A DNA stretch of 64,000 nt. Source: Eubacteriales bacterium. Lineage in GTDB: Bacteria > Bacillota > Clostridia > Oscillospirales > CAG-382. The position numbers and the translations under genes were made by a program. Below the pieces are notes generated by a model. That model did not search any database. It saw only the letters and a program-made list of their open reading frames with translations, and was not told the DNA's origin. Position 1 is the first letter of the stretch. The number at the start of each line of letters is the position of its first letter. Location: NCBI GenBank assembly GCA_045538555.1, contig JAZSRP010000036.1:1664-65663 (forward strand), given 5' to 3'. Below are positions 27,885-36,738 of the stretch, piece after piece.

Positions 27885-30799
27885 TCAATACGATGAACGA
27901 AAAACTCAAACTGGTTTTTGACAGCATTTATACTCCGCTGTACGACTTTGACGTATGTGCATACATCACAAAAGAGCCGCTCTTTTACAAAAACCGTACC
28001 GAGGGCACAAAAAAAGCCCTCAATATCGGCGAAAGATGGGGCGATCTCTGGGACTGTGCATGGATGAATTTCAAAGCGCCGCTGCCTGACGACACAGAAG
28101 ATCTCACATTTTTGCTTGACGTAGGCGGCGAGGGATGCGTTTTTGATGCCGACGGTACACCCTATCGCGGTATCACCAACAAAGACAGCTTTTATTCTTT
28201 TGAGCTGGGACTTCCCGGAAAAGTTACCGTTCCATTCTGGGACGGTGCCGTAAAGAGCGGAATGCTGGATTTTTGGGTAGATTGCGGAGCAAACGATCTC
28301 TTTGGCGAGCGCGAGGGCGCATCGTTTGAGCCCGTGGGCGTATTGCACACCGCATCCGTTGCAAAATGCAACAACAGCATCCGTGATCTGTACTATGACC
28401 TTGAGGTTATCTTTTACCTCATCGATTCCACAGATGACGAGGCACTGAAAGCGCAGGCGCAATCGGTGTTTGACTCCGCTTTTTCCATCTGGGATACAGA
28501 TATACAAAAAGCGTTGGAGATCACAAAAGAATTTCTTGCCCACAAGTGCGACAGTGATTTTTGCATCACAGCTCTCGGGCACGCTCATATTGATCTTGCA
28601 TGGCTTTGGCCGATCCGCGAAACCCTGCGCAAAGCAGAGCGCACGGTCGCCACTGTGATGAGAAATGCCGAAAAATACGACGAGTATCTTTTTGGAATCA
28701 GCCAACCGCAGATGATTCTTTGGCTCAAGGAACGCCACCCCAAGCTCTACGACCAGTTGAAAGACCTGTACAAGGCAGGGCGTCTTGAGCTGCAAGGCGG
28801 TTTTTGGGTGGAAAGCGATACCAATCTGCCCTGCGGCGAGAGTCTGATGAGGCAGATGCTGTACGGAAAGAAATTTTTCCGAGAGGAATTTGGGAACGAG
28901 CAGGAGATTCTCTGGATCCCAGATGTGTTTGGATATTCTGCACAGCTTCCTCAGATCATGGCTCATTTTGGTGTCAAATATTTTCTCACCATAAAAATGT
29001 CATGGAACTCCGTCAACCTGTTCCCACACAGCACCTTCAACTGGGTAGGACTTGACGGTTCCACCATTCTCACGCATATGCCGCCCGAGGGCAACTACAA
29101 CAGCGCCGCTCGGCCCGAATCACTGATTTCTACCGAAAAGAAATTCAGAGAACGAAAGATAGACAACCGCGCCATGATGCTGTACGGCATCGGCGACGGA
29201 GGCGGCGGCCCCGGCGAGGAGCATTTGGAACGTCTGAGGAGAGAATATGACCTCAGAGGTGTACCAAAGGTCAAGCAAGGGTTTGCAATCGATTTTTTCA
29301 AGGAACTGGAAGCAGAGCAGGACAAGTTTCCCGAATATTCCGGAGAACTCTATCTTGAAAAGCATCAAGGCACCTACACCTCCCAGGCAAACAACAAAAA
29401 GAACAACAGAAAGTGTGAGTTCGCTCTCCACAACGCCGAGCTGTTCGCTTGCGCCGCAGCACGTATTGCAGGACTTCCATACCCCAAAGAAACTTTGGAA
29501 AAGCTTTGGAAAGAGATTTTGCTCTATCAGTTCCACGACATTATTCCCGGTTCTTCCATCAAGCGGGTATATGACGAGACCGATGAAAGATACGCATGTA
29601 TTTTGAACGAAGCAAATTCCATCATCTCCAACTCGGTATCTGCCATTTGCAAGGGTGAAGGAAAGAGCGTTTTCAATCCCCTGCCCTATGCTTTTGACGG
29701 ATTTATCAAAAACGGCGATGGATATTGCCACGTAAAAGCAGATCCGTTGAGTTTTGGAATTATCGCCCCAAGCGAGCTTTCTTGTGCGGTCGCAAAGGAC
29801 GGCTGTATCGAAAATGAGCTGCTAAAGGTCACATTTTCTTCGGACGGAACTGTGGAATCCATCATTCGCAAGGAAGACGGGTTCTCCGCTCTTTGCGGCG
29901 GTGGCAACCGCCTCACCGTATATGAGGACGAGGAGAACGCATGGGAGGTGCCTGCCGACTATGCAAAAAATCCTTTTGTCCGACTCTCTGCAGAATCAAT
30001 GGTTTTTGACACAGTTGACGGAGTTGCGAGAATCAGATCTGTATACCGTTACGGAGACAGCACAGTCACCCAAACGGTGTCACTTGCCCCAGGCAGCAGC
30101 AGAGTGGATTTTGACACCCACGTTGACTGGAAAGAAACCCACCGAATGCTGAGAGCGGCATTTCCCCTGTCCGTGAAATGCGACAACGCAAAATGCGATA
30201 TTCAGTACGGTTGCATCGACCGTCCCACCCACACCCGTGACAGCTTTGCAAAAGCAAAAAAAGAGGTGTGTGCCCACAGGTACGTGGATTTTTCCGACGG
30301 AACCAACGGCATTGCGCTCATCAATGACTGCAAATACGGCCACCGTCTTTGGGACTGTGTGGCAGATATTGATCTGTTGAGGAGCAGCATGTATCCCGGC
30401 GTTGATGCCGACAAGGGAGAGCATGATTTTGTGTACTCTCTGCTGATACACAAGGGTGATTTTTCAGAGGGCGTCTCACGTGAAGCCGCCGCCGTGAACA
30501 ATCCGCCTTTCTTTGTAAACGGAACAGCTGTTGACAGCATAGGTACAGCCCCCTTGTTTGACACCGACTGTAGCCACGCCGTGATCGACTGGGTAAAAGC
30601 AGCCGAGGACGGAAACGGAATCATCGTACGCATATTTGAGTCCGATGGAATACCTGCCTCTTCCGTAACCGTTACCCCAAGCCCCGCTCTGGGATTTGAA
30701 AAAGCTTTTGTGTGTGACGGCGACGAGAAAATCATGCATCCTCTTGAGGGAGCACTTGACATCGCCCCACACAAGATCGTCACACTCAGATTTTTGTAA
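27881..30799 (+). CDS. Alpha-mannosidase, glycoside hydrolase family 38
   Basis: GHAHIDLAWLWP, WIPDVFGYS, YGIGDGGGGP, GELYLEKHQGTYTS, QFHDIIPGSSI. An alternative start lies at 27893. Confidence 0.93.
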   Translation: MINTMNEKLKLVFDSIYTPLYDFDVCAYITKEPLFYKNRTEGTKKALNIGERWGDLWDCAWMNFKAPLPDDTEDLTFLLDVGGEGCVFDADGTPYRGITNKDSFYSFELGLPGKVTVPFWDGAVKSGMLDFWVDCGANDLFGEREGASFEPVGVLHTASVAKCNNSIRDLYYDLEVIFYLIDSTDDEALKAQAQSVFDSAFSIWDTDIQKALEITKEFLAHKCDSDFCITALGHAHIDLAWLWPIRETLRKAERTVATVMRNAEKYDEYLFGISQPQMILWLKERHPKLYDQLKDLYKAGRLELQGGFWVESDTNLPCGESLMRQMLYGKKFFREEFGNEQEILWIPDVFGYSAQLPQIMAHFGVKYFLTIKMSWNSVNLFPHSTFNWVGLDGSTILTHMPPEGNYNSAARPESLISTEKKFRERKIDNRAMMLYGIGDGGGGPGEEHLERLRREYDLRGVPKVKQGFAIDFFKELEAEQDKFPEYSGELYLEKHQGTYTSQANNKKNNRKCEFALHNAELFACAAARIAGLPYPKETLEKLWKEILLYQFHDIIPGSSIKRVYDETDERYACILNEANSIISNSVSAICKGEGKSVFNPLPYAFDGFIKNGDGYCHVKADPLSFGIIAPSELSCAVAKDGCIENELLKVTFSSDGTVESIIRKEDGFSALCGGGNRLTVYEDEENAWEVPADYAKNPFVRLSAESMVFDTVDGVARIRSVYRYGDSTVTQTVSLAPGSSRVDFDTHVDWKETHRMLRAAFPLSVKCDNAKCDIQYGCIDRPTHTRDSFAKAKKEVCAHRYVDFSDGTNGIALINDCKYGHRLWDCVADIDLLRSSMYPGVDADKGEHDFVYSLLIHKGDFSEGVSREAAAVNNPPFFVNGTAVDSIGTAPLFDTDCSHAVIDWVKAAEDGNGIIVRIFESDGIPASSVTVTPSPALGFEKAFVCDGDEKIMHPLEGALDIAPHKIVTLRFL

Positions 30800-30807
30800 A
30801 ACAATCA

Positions 30808-30855
30808 AAACAGGAACCGTTGAAATGATTTTTTCTTCGGTTCCTTTGTTTTTTT
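30808..30855 (+). terminator. Probable terminator after the mannosidase gene
   Basis: AGGAACCG...CGGTTCCT stem followed by a T-rich tract. Confidence 0.55.
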
Positions 30856-30947
30856 CCAAAACAAGTAAAAAAAATCCATTTTGGTAATAATGCATTCATA
30901 ATATAAGTGTACAATAACTGTGATTTTTTATTAGGCGGTGATTTTTC

Positions 30948-33644
30948 ATGTTGATACTGCGAGATATCCACAAATCATACGTTACCGGCGACACCACCAC
31001 TCCGGCTCTGAAAGGGGTGGAAATTGCTTTTCGAAAAAGTGAGTTTGTGGCAATTCTGGGCCCGTCGGGCTGCGGAAAAACCACGCTCCTCAACGTGATC
31101 GGCGGGCTTGACAAATACGACTCGGGAGACCTTTTGGTAAACAACACTTCCACAAAGGATTTTTCCGACAGTGATTGGGACTCGTACCGAAATCACTCCA
31201 TCGGATTTGTTTTTCAGTCCTACAACCTCATTCCTCACCAGACCGTGCTGGCCAACGTGGAGCTTGCTCTCACTCTGTCGGGAGTCAGCAAGCAGGAACG
31301 CAAAAAACGTGCCATGCAAGCACTGGAAAAAGTGGGAATCGCCGATCAAGCAAAGAAAAAGCCAAACCAGCTTTCCGGCGGTCAAATGCAGAGAGTTGCC
31401 ATTGCAAGAGCTCTGGTAAATGATCCCGATATCCTTTTGGCCGACGAGCCCACAGGCGCTCTTGATACCGCCACCAGCGTTCAGATCATGGAGATCCTCA
31501 AAGAGGTGGCAAAGGATCGGCTGGTCATAATGGTCACTCACAACCCTGAACTTGCCGAAGAATATTCCAGCAGAAAAATCACCCTGCTTGACGGAGTTGT
31601 CACCTCAGACAGCAACGAGTTTGTGCCGGAATCTATCGAGAAAAAGAAGCTGACAAAAAAAGAGAGAAAAAATAAAAAGACATCAATGTCGTTCTTCACC
31701 GCGCTTTCTCTGTCTCTCAACAATCTGATGACAAAAAAGGCCCGTACTCTGCTGACAAGTTTTGCAGGCAGTATCGGAATCATCGGTATTGCGCTTATAC
31801 TTTCCCTTTCCAACGGATTTCAGCTTTATATCAACAAGGTTCAGGAGGATACCCTCTCCACCTATCCCATCACTATCGAAAAAGAGACCGTGGACGTTCA
31901 GGAGCTCATGACCGAGATGATGGACAAAGCACCCGTCAGAGAAGAACACGGGCTTGACAAGGTTTATACAAACCGTATTCTTACAAAGCTTCTCAAAACA
32001 ATGCTGTCTCAGATGCAGCAAAATGACCTCAATGCTTTTATGCAATACATCGAGGATCATAAGCAGGAGCTGGAGGAATACACAACCGCCATCAAATATA
32101 CCTACAACATCGACCTGAACATTTATGCCAAGGACACCTCCAACGGAAACGTACAGGTAAATCCCAGCACACTGTTTCAGGATCTGTACGGGGTCGAAAT
32201 GGGAGGCGGCGGCGCTTTTGGATCATATTCCACCAACATGATGCAAAACATGAATGTGTGGAGCGAAATGATTGACAATCCAAAGCTGCTGGAATCACAG
32301 TACGACACCCTATACGGACGGTGGCCGCAGAGCTTTGACGAGGTGGTTTTGTTTGTCAACAGCAACAACGAGATCAGCGACCTTGTTCTCTACGCTCTCG
32401 GTCTCAAGGACCAAAGCGAGCTGAACCAGATTATTTCCGATATTATGATGGGAAAAGAAGTCAACACTGAAATGATTTCTTATTCCTACGAGGAGCTGTG
32501 CCGGCTCAGATTTTCGTTGGTTCTCTCAGCAGATTATTTCCAGTACGATCCCGTATCCGATACATTTGTTGACAGATCAAACAACAAGCAATACGTCACA
32601 AACCTCATCAACAACGGCACAGAGCTGAAGGTGGTGGGAATCATGCGTCCCAACGAGGCGGCTGCCGCAACCTCTTTTTCCGGAACCATCGGATACACCC
32701 ACGCTCTCACCGAATACTATATAAACCAAACCGCAAAATCTGACATCGTCAAGCGACAGAGCTCTGTTGAGAAAGACGAAAAAGCATCTGCAAAGTATGG
32801 TTCCGAGCTGAGATACTGTGATGTTGACGTATTTTCGGGCATCCCCTTTGGATACGAGGGTCAGTCTGCAGAGATCACCATTGAGGACGTATATGCCTAC
32901 ATTTCATCTCTGCCGCAGGAACAGCAGCAGCAAATCCTGGCAAATCTGAACGGTATGTCCGAGGAGGAGATCATCGAGCTGTTTGAATCACAGCTTGACG
33001 ATTCCTCCGAAACCACAAAAGCCACACTTGAAACAAACCTCAAGCTCATGGGTGCCGCAAAGCTGGAAAATCCTGCAACCATCAACTTTTTTGCAGTTGA
33101 TTTTGAGTCAAAAGACAAGATTGCCGCTTTTATTGACAACTATAACAAAGAGATGGAAGCAGCAGGCAACGAGGGCAAATCCATCAGTTACACCGATTAT
33201 ATCGGAATTATGATGTCCTCCATCAGTACCATTATTGACACCATTTCATACGTGCTGATCGCTTTTGTTGCAATTTCTTTGGTGGTATCCTCCATAATGA
33301 TCGGAATAATCACATATATCTCCGTTTTGGAGCGCACCAAGGAGATCGGCATCCTCCGCTCTATCGGCGCGGCAAAAAAGGATATTTCACGTGTGTTTAA
33401 TGCCGAAACCATCATTGTGGGATTTGCATCGGGTACCCTTGGCATCGGTGTCACCGTTCTGCTGAACATCCCCATAAACATTCTTATTGAGCATCTTTCA
33501 GATATCAAAAACGTATCGGGATTGCCGTGGCAAGGCGGTCTGATACTGGTGGCAATAAGCATTTTCCTGACTATGGTTGCAGGATTTATACCATCCCGCA
33601 TTGCCGCAAAGAAAGACCCTGTGGTTGCTCTCAGAACCGAATAA
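30948..33644 (+). CDS. Fused ABC transporter ATPase/permease (MacB/FtsX-like)
   Basis: GPSGCGKTT, LSGGQMQR, LADEPTG, SVLERTKEIGILRSIGA, PVVALR. Confidence 0.93.
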   Translation: MLILRDIHKSYVTGDTTTPALKGVEIAFRKSEFVAILGPSGCGKTTLLNVIGGLDKYDSGDLLVNNTSTKDFSDSDWDSYRNHSIGFVFQSYNLIPHQTVLANVELALTLSGVSKQERKKRAMQALEKVGIADQAKKKPNQLSGGQMQRVAIARALVNDPDILLADEPTGALDTATSVQIMEILKEVAKDRLVIMVTHNPELAEEYSSRKITLLDGVVTSDSNEFVPESIEKKKLTKKERKNKKTSMSFFTALSLSLNNLMTKKARTLLTSFAGSIGIIGIALILSLSNGFQLYINKVQEDTLSTYPITIEKETVDVQELMTEMMDKAPVREEHGLDKVYTNRILTKLLKTMLSQMQQNDLNAFMQYIEDHKQELEEYTTAIKYTYNIDLNIYAKDTSNGNVQVNPSTLFQDLYGVEMGGGGAFGSYSTNMMQNMNVWSEMIDNPKLLESQYDTLYGRWPQSFDEVVLFVNSNNEISDLVLYALGLKDQSELNQIISDIMMGKEVNTEMISYSYEELCRLRFSLVLSADYFQYDPVSDTFVDRSNNKQYVTNLINNGTELKVVGIMRPNEAAAATSFSGTIGYTHALTEYYINQTAKSDIVKRQSSVEKDEKASAKYGSELRYCDVDVFSGIPFGYEGQSAEITIEDVYAYISSLPQEQQQQILANLNGMSEEEIIELFESQLDDSSETTKATLETNLKLMGAAKLENPATINFFAVDFESKDKIAAFIDNYNKEMEAAGNEGKSISYTDYIGIMMSSISTIIDTISYVLIAFVAISLVVSSIMIGIITYISVLERTKEIGILRSIGAAKKDISRVFNAETIIVGFASGTLGIGVTVLLNIPINILIEHLSDIKNVSGLPWQGGLILVAISIFLTMVAGFIPSRIAAKKDPVVALRTE

Positions 33645-33657
33645 GAAACAGTTTTGG

Positions 33658-33696
33658 CAAGACCCGTTTTTTTGAAAAATCGGGTCTTGTTTTTTT
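33658..33696 (+). terminator. Intrinsic terminator
   Basis: CAAGACCCG/CGGGTCTTG stem followed by T7. Confidence 0.8.
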
Positions 33697-33704
33697 CAAG
33701 AAGA

Positions 33705-33733
33705 TTGACACGGGATATTTTTTATGATATTTT
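33705..33733 (+). promoter_or_regulatory. Putative sigma-A promoter of the Na/Pi cotransporter
   Basis: TTGACA-17nt-TATTTT with TG extended -10. Confidence 0.55.
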
Positions 33734-33885
33734 ATTATTTGAGGGAGATTTGAAATCGACGTGAATTTCCGCGATTTTGGGCAAAAAAAGTCCCACAGCC
33801 GCAGCAGATTCTGCCGGCCGTAACACCTGCCTTTGCGTTTTTTGTTTTTTGCAAGGCAAGCGAATTACAGACTGGAGAAAACCCC

Positions 33886-35775
33886 ATGAAAAAATTTATT
33901 TTGTGCTTGGTGACAGCCATTCTGGCTGTCGGTGCTCTCACTCTTGGTGTTTGTGCCTCTGGAGCTGATTCCGCAGCTGCCGTTTCAAAGAGTCCCATAG
34001 GGCCCGAGGAGATCATCATGCTCATCGGCGGGCTTGCATTTTTCCTTTACGGCATGACCATTATGTCCAGCGGGTTGGAAAAAATGGCGGGCGGAAAGCT
34101 GGAAGCCACCCTCAAAAAAATGACGTCAAACCCATTCAAGTGTCTTGCGCTCGGCGCCGGAATCACAATCGCCATTCAGTCATCATCAGCAATGACGGTC
34201 ATGCTGGTGGGTCTTGTAAACTCAGGCGTCATGACCCTCAACCAAACGGTCGGACTCATCATGGGTTCAAACGTGGGTACAACGCTCACTGCATGGCTTA
34301 CGTCACTGGTCGGCATTGAGGGCAGTGCAGGTTTTAGCCCCCTGGATCTTTTGAAGCCGTCAAACTTCTCACTGATATTTGCACTTCTGGGTGTTTTGTT
34401 TGTAATGGGCAAAAACAAGAAGCGGAGAGATATCGGATTTATTATTGTGGGATTTGCCGTACTTATGTGCGGAATGGGGTTTATGGGAGATTCCATGAGT
34501 GGACTGAAGGAGAGCCCTCAGTTCCGTGACCTTCTCACCGTTTTTGACAATCCCCTCTTTGGCGTTCTCATTGGTGCTCTTGTTACCGGCATTATACAAA
34601 GCTCTGCCGCATCGGTTGCTATTCTGCAGTCCCTGTGCGTCACCGCAGCGGTGTTTGAGGTGTCAGGCGGACTTACGTTTGGAATGGCTCTGCCTATCAT
34701 AATGGGTCAAAATATCGGCACCTGCGTGACTGCTCTTATCTCGAGCTTTGGTGTCAACAGAAACGCAAAGCGTGTGGCCGTGGTGCACATGTCTTTCAAT
34801 ATCATAGGCACTGTTCTTTGCCTTGTCGTATTTTATTTCCTGCATTGGATATTTGATTTTTCATTTTTCCTGGACTCACGCATCGATGCATTTGGCATTG
34901 CGGTATGCCATATGCTGTTCAACATTATTACCACTGCTGCCCTGCTTCCTTTTTCAAAAGCCCTTGTCAAACTTGCGTACAAAGTCATCAAAGAAAAAGA
35001 CGGGGACAACAGCGGCATTCTGCTGGACGAGCGTCTCCTCGCCACCCCTGCGGTTGCTGTGGCACACTGCAGCAACGTGACTGTTGATATGAGCAAGACG
35101 GCAAAAAAGATCATGCTCCAATCCATCGATCTTCTTGATTCTTATGACGAAAAGCTGGCACGAAAGATCGAGGAAGAAGAGGGTGTGATCGACAGGTACG
35201 AGGACGAGCTGGGAACCTATCTTGTCAAGCTGTCCACAAACGACATCACTGTCAAGGACTCCCAGAGCGTATCCACAATGCTTCACTCCATCGGAAACTT
35301 TGAGCGTATCGGCGACCACGCCGTAGAGATACTCAAAACCGCAAGAGAACTGAACGAAAAGAACATATCTTTTTCAGAGGAAGCAAAGCGTGAGATCAAG
35401 GTGGTTGAAAGTGCCATCAGGGAGATTTTGGAGCTCACATTTACTTCATTTGAAAACAACGACATTGAGCTGGCACGCAAAGTGGAACCCCTTGAGCAGG
35501 TCATTGACCGTCTAACCACCGAGCTGAGAGCAAATCATATTGCACGTCTCAGAGCCGGCGCCTGCACCATCGAGCTGGGATTCATTTTGTCCGATCTTAT
35601 CACCGGTTTTGAGCGTGTATCCGACCACTGCTCCAACATTGCAGTTGCGCTGATCGAGGTTGCCGAGGGTTCATTTGACACCCACAAGTATCTGGCAAGC
35701 ATCAAGAGCGGACAGGACGAGCAGTTCAAGCGTGATTTTGCCGAATTCAACTCAAAATACGTTTTTAAAGCATAA
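33886..35775 (+). CDS. Na/Pi cotransporter family protein with C-terminal PhoU-like domains
   Basis: Two QSS repeats (IQSSSA, IQSSAA), GSNVGTT and GQNIGTC, ERIGDHA and ERVSDHCSNI. Confidence 0.93.
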   Translation: MKKFILCLVTAILAVGALTLGVCASGADSAAAVSKSPIGPEEIIMLIGGLAFFLYGMTIMSSGLEKMAGGKLEATLKKMTSNPFKCLALGAGITIAIQSSSAMTVMLVGLVNSGVMTLNQTVGLIMGSNVGTTLTAWLTSLVGIEGSAGFSPLDLLKPSNFSLIFALLGVLFVMGKNKKRRDIGFIIVGFAVLMCGMGFMGDSMSGLKESPQFRDLLTVFDNPLFGVLIGALVTGIIQSSAASVAILQSLCVTAAVFEVSGGLTFGMALPIIMGQNIGTCVTALISSFGVNRNAKRVAVVHMSFNIIGTVLCLVVFYFLHWIFDFSFFLDSRIDAFGIAVCHMLFNIITTAALLPFSKALVKLAYKVIKEKDGDNSGILLDERLLATPAVAVAHCSNVTVDMSKTAKKIMLQSIDLLDSYDEKLARKIEEEEGVIDRYEDELGTYLVKLSTNDITVKDSQSVSTMLHSIGNFERIGDHAVEILKTARELNEKNISFSEEAKREIKVVESAIREILELTFTSFENNDIELARKVEPLEQVIDRLTTELRANHIARLRAGACTIELGFILSDLITGFERVSDHCSNIAVALIEVAEGSFDTHKYLASIKSGQDEQFKRDFAEFNSKYVFKA

Positions 35776-35787
35776 AATACGATCTTC

Positions 35788-35818
35788 AAAAACAGCGTCA
35801 GCAAACGACGCTGTTTTT
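35788..35818 (+). terminator. Intrinsic terminator
   Basis: AAAAACAGCGTC/GACGCTGTTTTT inverted repeat. Confidence 0.8.
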
Positions 35819-35879
35819 CATTGTTTGAAACGGTGATGGATTTGCTTGCTGTTTGTTTTTTATAACTCAAGACGTTTTG

Positions 35880-35926
35880 TTACAACATATTGTGTTTTTC
35901 TCCCTCAAAAAGCAAACATATTGTAT
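35880..35926. promoter_or_regulatory. Tandem NrdR-box-like operator
   Basis: TTACAACATATTGTGT (35880) and AGCAAACATATTGTAT (35911), 31 bp apart; both resemble acaCwAtATaTwGtgt. Confidence 0.6.
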
Positions 35927-35999
35927 CAACGTGCAGACCGTTGGATTATTGCACAAATGTGCATCTGTTATGTAAAGCGAATATTGTCAAAAATATCAC

Positions 36000-36028
36000 T
36001 TGTAATAAGTCGTATTTTGGAGTAAAAT
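36000..36028 (+). promoter_or_regulatory. Putative sigma-A promoter of the xpt operon
   Basis: TTGTAA-17nt-TAAAAT. Confidence 0.55.
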
Positions 36029-36100
36029 TATAATGCTTTAATATTTAATGGAATTTTTGTATTTTTTACACAAAAACGCAGAGTGGCGAGGTATTACGGC

Positions 36101-36673
36101 ATGAAGCTTCTTGAGGACAGAATTAAAAAAGACGGCATCGTTTTGAAGGGTAACATTCTCAAGGTTGACTCGTTTCTCAACCACCAGATAGACGTTGATC
36201 TGATGTGCCGGCTGGGAAAAGAATTTTATCGCCTTTTTTCTGACTGCGGAGTCACAAAGATTCTTACCATTGAAGCATCGGGCATCGGCATCGCCTGCCT
36301 CACCGCCCAGTATTTTGGGTGCAAGGTAGTGTTTGCAAAAAAATCGCGCACCCTCAACCTCAGTCCCGACGTTTATTGCTCTGAGGTCAGATCTTTTACC
36401 CACAACGTCACCAACAATGTACTGGTATCCAAAAAGTTTCTTTCTTCTGAGGACAAGGTTCTCATTATCGATGACTTTTTGGCAAACGGATGTGCACTCA
36501 ACGGGCTTATCGACATCGTTCAGCAAGCAGGTGCGCAGGTTGCGGGTGTGGGAATCGTCATCGAAAAGGCATTTCAGCCGGGCGGCGACATGATACGCAG
36601 ACGCGGCATCAGGGTGGAATCCCTTGCACGTGTCAAAAGCATGTCGGATGACTCGCTGGAGTTTTACGATTGA
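36101..36673 (+). CDS. xpt: Xanthine phosphoribosyltransferase
   Basis: LKVDSFLNHQID, TIEASGI, VLIIDDFLANG, IVIEKAFQ. Confidence 0.96.
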   Translation: MKLLEDRIKKDGIVLKGNILKVDSFLNHQIDVDLMCRLGKEFYRLFSDCGVTKILTIEASGIGIACLTAQYFGCKVVFAKKSRTLNLSPDVYCSEVRSFTHNVTNNVLVSKKFLSSEDKVLIIDDFLANGCALNGLIDIVQQAGAQVAGVGIVIEKAFQPGGDMIRRRGIRVESLARVKSMSDDSLEFYD

Positions 36674-36738
36674 TGTTTTTTTGATAAAATTGCGGAGCAC
36701 CGCTGTTTTATAAAATTTTTTTACGGAGGACATTTGAA

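Noticed and set aside
27728-28966. 412-aa minus-strand ORF over the pgm/mannosidase junction
   Set aside because: Fully antisense to two confidently identified genes, with no motifs.
36030-36100. Expected purine riboswitch upstream of xpt
   Set aside because: No aptamer core or expression-platform terminator is visible, and the predicted UTR is short and AT-rich.
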